DNA of 64,000 bases from Phoronis australis. Lineage: Eukaryota > Animalia > Phoronida. Position 1 is the first letter of the stretch; every line of letters begins with the position of its first letter. The translations under genes and the position numbers were made by a program. The notes below the pieces were generated by a model. That model made no database searches and was not told the DNA's origin. It saw only the letters and a list, made by a program, of their open reading frames with translations. Shown in pieces: positions 61,001 to 64,000 of the stretch. The stretch is from assembly GCA_002633005.1 (NCBI GenBank), contig NMRA01000089.1, positions 558,001 to 622,000 of the forward strand, written 5' to 3'.

Positions 61001-62683
61001 CGCTTTTAGCGAATTGCAAGTCAATTGTGGGTGGGAAACCCACCAAGAACCCTAATATCCAATCTGTGAGGTAGGGAGTATGACTTTTAAGCTGCTACCT
61101 TCAGTATCTTTCAAGGTGGACGCTAATGATGCATTAGCAAGTGACAGAACGGGGATTCGTTGAAATCACCAAAACAAGGTTTGGTATCGTATTAAAGCGG
61201 CACACCCTCCGTAGCAATTGACTAAAACAGGGAAATCATGAAATAGGCTAACTAACTCTAACACGAGATTCTCAGAAATAGGTTTCTGACATCAAAGTGA
61301 ATCGAGAAACTAATTCTGATTAATATTAAAAGACCCAGTACTGAAACAGTTGGCCATGCAAACCTGACAAATTTGACATTTCGATAGCTTTTTAAGCTGT
61401 TAATGTCCAGAATGCTTTGTTTGGTGGTGAAAAGTATTTACTTTTATGGTTTAGCGATGTTTGAGACATTATGTACCTGTGGTTGGATGACTTGGTTTAG
61501 AACTGGCGTAATTTGCGTGGCGAATAAGGAGGAAATGTTCCTATTCACAAATAAAACACAGTCTATAGGCCTAATCGTCTGTGAGAACAATCTGCGCCAC
61601 CACCATACGGCAGTATAACACCAAATGCCAATTTTGTATTCTCGTTGGTCACATCCCGTTGGTTATCCCATTCGATCGTCAGCCCTTGAGCCCCACTGAT
61701 GATATATCTGATTTTCCCCATTAATTTACATCAATGTGACGAAGTATTTGTCTAATGGAAAAAAAGTCAAGTGTGGTTGTCAAAACATGGACAAGGTTTC
61801 TGCTGATGTTCCTGGAGTTTTATAAGCTTAATTGTTGAAGAATGTTCTTGAAATTGACGATTAATCGAGCAAATCGATTGTTGGTAAAGAGTTTCCTAAC
61901 TACAGATGGGAAACTGTCAGAGAATTATCTGGAGGTTAGCAAAATGTGGAATGGTGTACCATAGGACGGACTAAGGGTTCACGGAAACGTGATTTGTAAC
62001 ATTCAATAAACACACTAGAGACGACATCACCATTGCTGACCTTTTTCTTTCAAGCTAATGATAAAGACACGTAACATTGTCACATATCTACGACCACGGT
62101 TCAGGCGTTTGTAGCTCCCGTACAAGTGGGTCGGTTTTGACGGCAGTTTTGTGGACTAAGTGGGAAGTGATTGTCACAAATGGTATTCAGTAGTTCCTCG
62201 AAATTGTTTTGAGTAAATTGAGTCCGGGGAATTTGGCCTCTACTTTTGTCTCCTCGGATACGATGAGCGGCCATTTTATGAGCACATCCGTGTTGAGTCT
62301 TGAATTTTTGGCGTGAATCCATGTACCCTTCAGACAAGTGGAAATTGTCAAAAATCTGGTGGGTAATGTTATATTTTAATATGAATTTCTGTAATGTTGA
62401 GTGAAAGAGCATTCGGATTATGTTCTCCTTTCTTTAGATAAAAAAGGCCAAAATTGCACTTTTTGTCATTTTTTGTATCTTGAAATTTTCCGGTGGACGT
62501 AGCAGGGGAAATTGAAATGGATTAGTTGAATATTACCATCTTTGAGAAAGCCCATTGAGAGTACGTTCTGTCACTTATGCCTTTTTCAGGTGCCTTGAGA
62601 CAAGATGCAAACAAGGGCGTTTATTGACCCAGACTAGTGATAACGTCAAAATCAATCACTCGAACTGTAGTCTTAGTCCTTAG

Positions 62684-63010
62684 CAGTTGCGGATCCAGGA
62701 TTTTGAGTTGGGGGGCCAGGGCAGAATATAAACCAGGATTTTGCCCCTCAGACATTCGCACCCGCTAAGTGCCAAATGAAATTGTAGAAAATTTCCGTGT
62801 CTCCGGTGGGACCTGAACCCAGGTTGCAGGAGCGACGGTCAATCATCCGAACCATTTGGCCAAGAGGCAATTGCTACTTGGCAAGCGGCTTAGATAGACT
62901 TTATTTGACAGTACGTGTCGTCGCAACCGGAAGTCACTCTTCACAACAAAATATGGGCGATTTTTGGGGGGAATGGCCCCCTTGTCCCCCCCCCCTTAAA
63001 TCCCCCACTG
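62684..63010. mobile_element. MITE with CAGT(G)GCGGAT-type termini containing a tRNA-like segment (62795-62870, -)
   Basis: cagttgcggatccagg..gggggg pairs with ccccccttaaatcccccactg, and cttag flanks both sides. The internal minus strand carries TGGCCAAATGG (A-box-like) and GGTTCAGGTCCC (B-box-like). Confidence 0.6.
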
Positions 63011-63689
63011 CTTAGGAGTGCAACAAGTATAATGTAAGCATTCATTGACGACTTGTGAACAGGTAGAAATTATTGTAGGATTTATTGTAGGATTTTCAAA
63101 TTACACGGAACACATTTCGTAATGGAATTGCTTACGTCATCATATATATCATTTGGTACAATTCATACTCCTGAAACTCCGAATAGTCCTGTTGATCTCT
63201 AAACACTCACTTGATTAGCTATATACATGTTGCGTAATATACTTTCAAGTCCTACAGTATAACTAAACACGACTCGCAAGGTTCTGCGTGTTTTATTTGT
63301 CACATAATTGAGTTCTTCACAAAAATGCTCTGTTCGGTACAAACTGAACGAGTTTGTTTTTTCTGTCTGTTTTGTGACGTCAAACAATATGACGCGATGG
63401 AGACTCTAAAGGGGAAACGGGAATTGATGAGGTTCACATAACTAATAATCCGGTGACAGTCCTGTATCGATAAGTTTTCCAAATATGTCTTGCATGTCGC
63501 CCCACGCCGAACTTTTCATTCCCATTTTCAACAACGGCCGTTTGTCGCCTGTCTCAACAGCCATCAGGGCCTCCACCAGCTGGTCGGTTTCGTGAAGTTT
63601 CAATCCAACTCGACGTCGGAAGTCGTCGATGGATTTGCTTACTGGAAAAAAAGCATGACGCATACATGTCAACCATTTCTAGCTCCAAC

Positions 63690-63930
63690 CATGACACTTT
63701 TTAAAGAGGGTGAGCGAAACGACTGAGGTAACTATAGGCCTCTCTCAGTGTTACCAACAGTCATGGAGTTTTTAGAGGAGATCGTTCACTCTGAGGTTTA
63801 TGAGCATCTTTCGAAAAATGATGTTATTTCAGTCTGGTTTTAGGCCTGAGCATTCCACAGGCACAGCTTCGATTGTACAGATTACTTGGTGTCCAGCTTG
63901 GACGGGGGACACCTTACTAGAACTGGGATT
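63690..63930 (+). mobile_element. CR1/L2-type LINE reverse-transcriptase fragment
   Basis: TLFKEGERND*GNYRPLSVLPTVMEFLEEIVHSEVYEHLSKND/QSGFRPEHSTGTA/TDYLVSSLDGG contains the NYRPIS and QxGFR..HST RT motifs, with a stop and frameshifts. Confidence 0.9.
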
Positions 63931-64000
63931 AAGTTAGACCTCAGTGAAAATACCTTTTACATGGCCGCCACCATTGGTGTCTTCTGAACAAGCTCGCTAT

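Noticed and set aside
59000-62450. Assorted 60-136 aa ORFs in the distal region
   Set aside because: No recognisable motifs or exon chain. They are probably old repeat debris that I cannot classify.

Overview
AT-rich, intron-rich animal genomic DNA. An invertebrate deuterostome-like source is my inference only. The window holds the 3' part of NAXE/APOA1BP (+ strand, 4 coding exons, stop at 14040) lying tail-to-tail with a complete symplekin gene (- strand, 30 coding exons, about 1348 aa, 19951-45056). It also holds an intronless secreted-type LRR-LRRCT-Ig-TM receptor (49204-52020, -) and a disrupted kinase-like pseudogene with an internally repetitive N-terminal region (about 55.2-58.2 kb). 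Transposon relics include a Crypton/DUF3504 tyrosine-recombinase element with a 156-bp terminal hairpin, a nested hAT-like > Tc2/pogo-like (HIRAN-like) > Kolobok-like (THAP) stack, several MITEs, SINE heads and LINE fragments. Three near-identical tandem duplications each straddle a single N (1290, 23503, 56778) and most likely represent two haplotypes joined at assembly gaps. I found no unambiguous new biological system. The best candidates for follow-up are the Crypton element with its hairpin, the HIRAN/THAP-carrying nested elements, the AT-hook-like tail of symplekin and the LRR-Ig receptor. All exon calls and domain assignments were read by eye and no database search was run.
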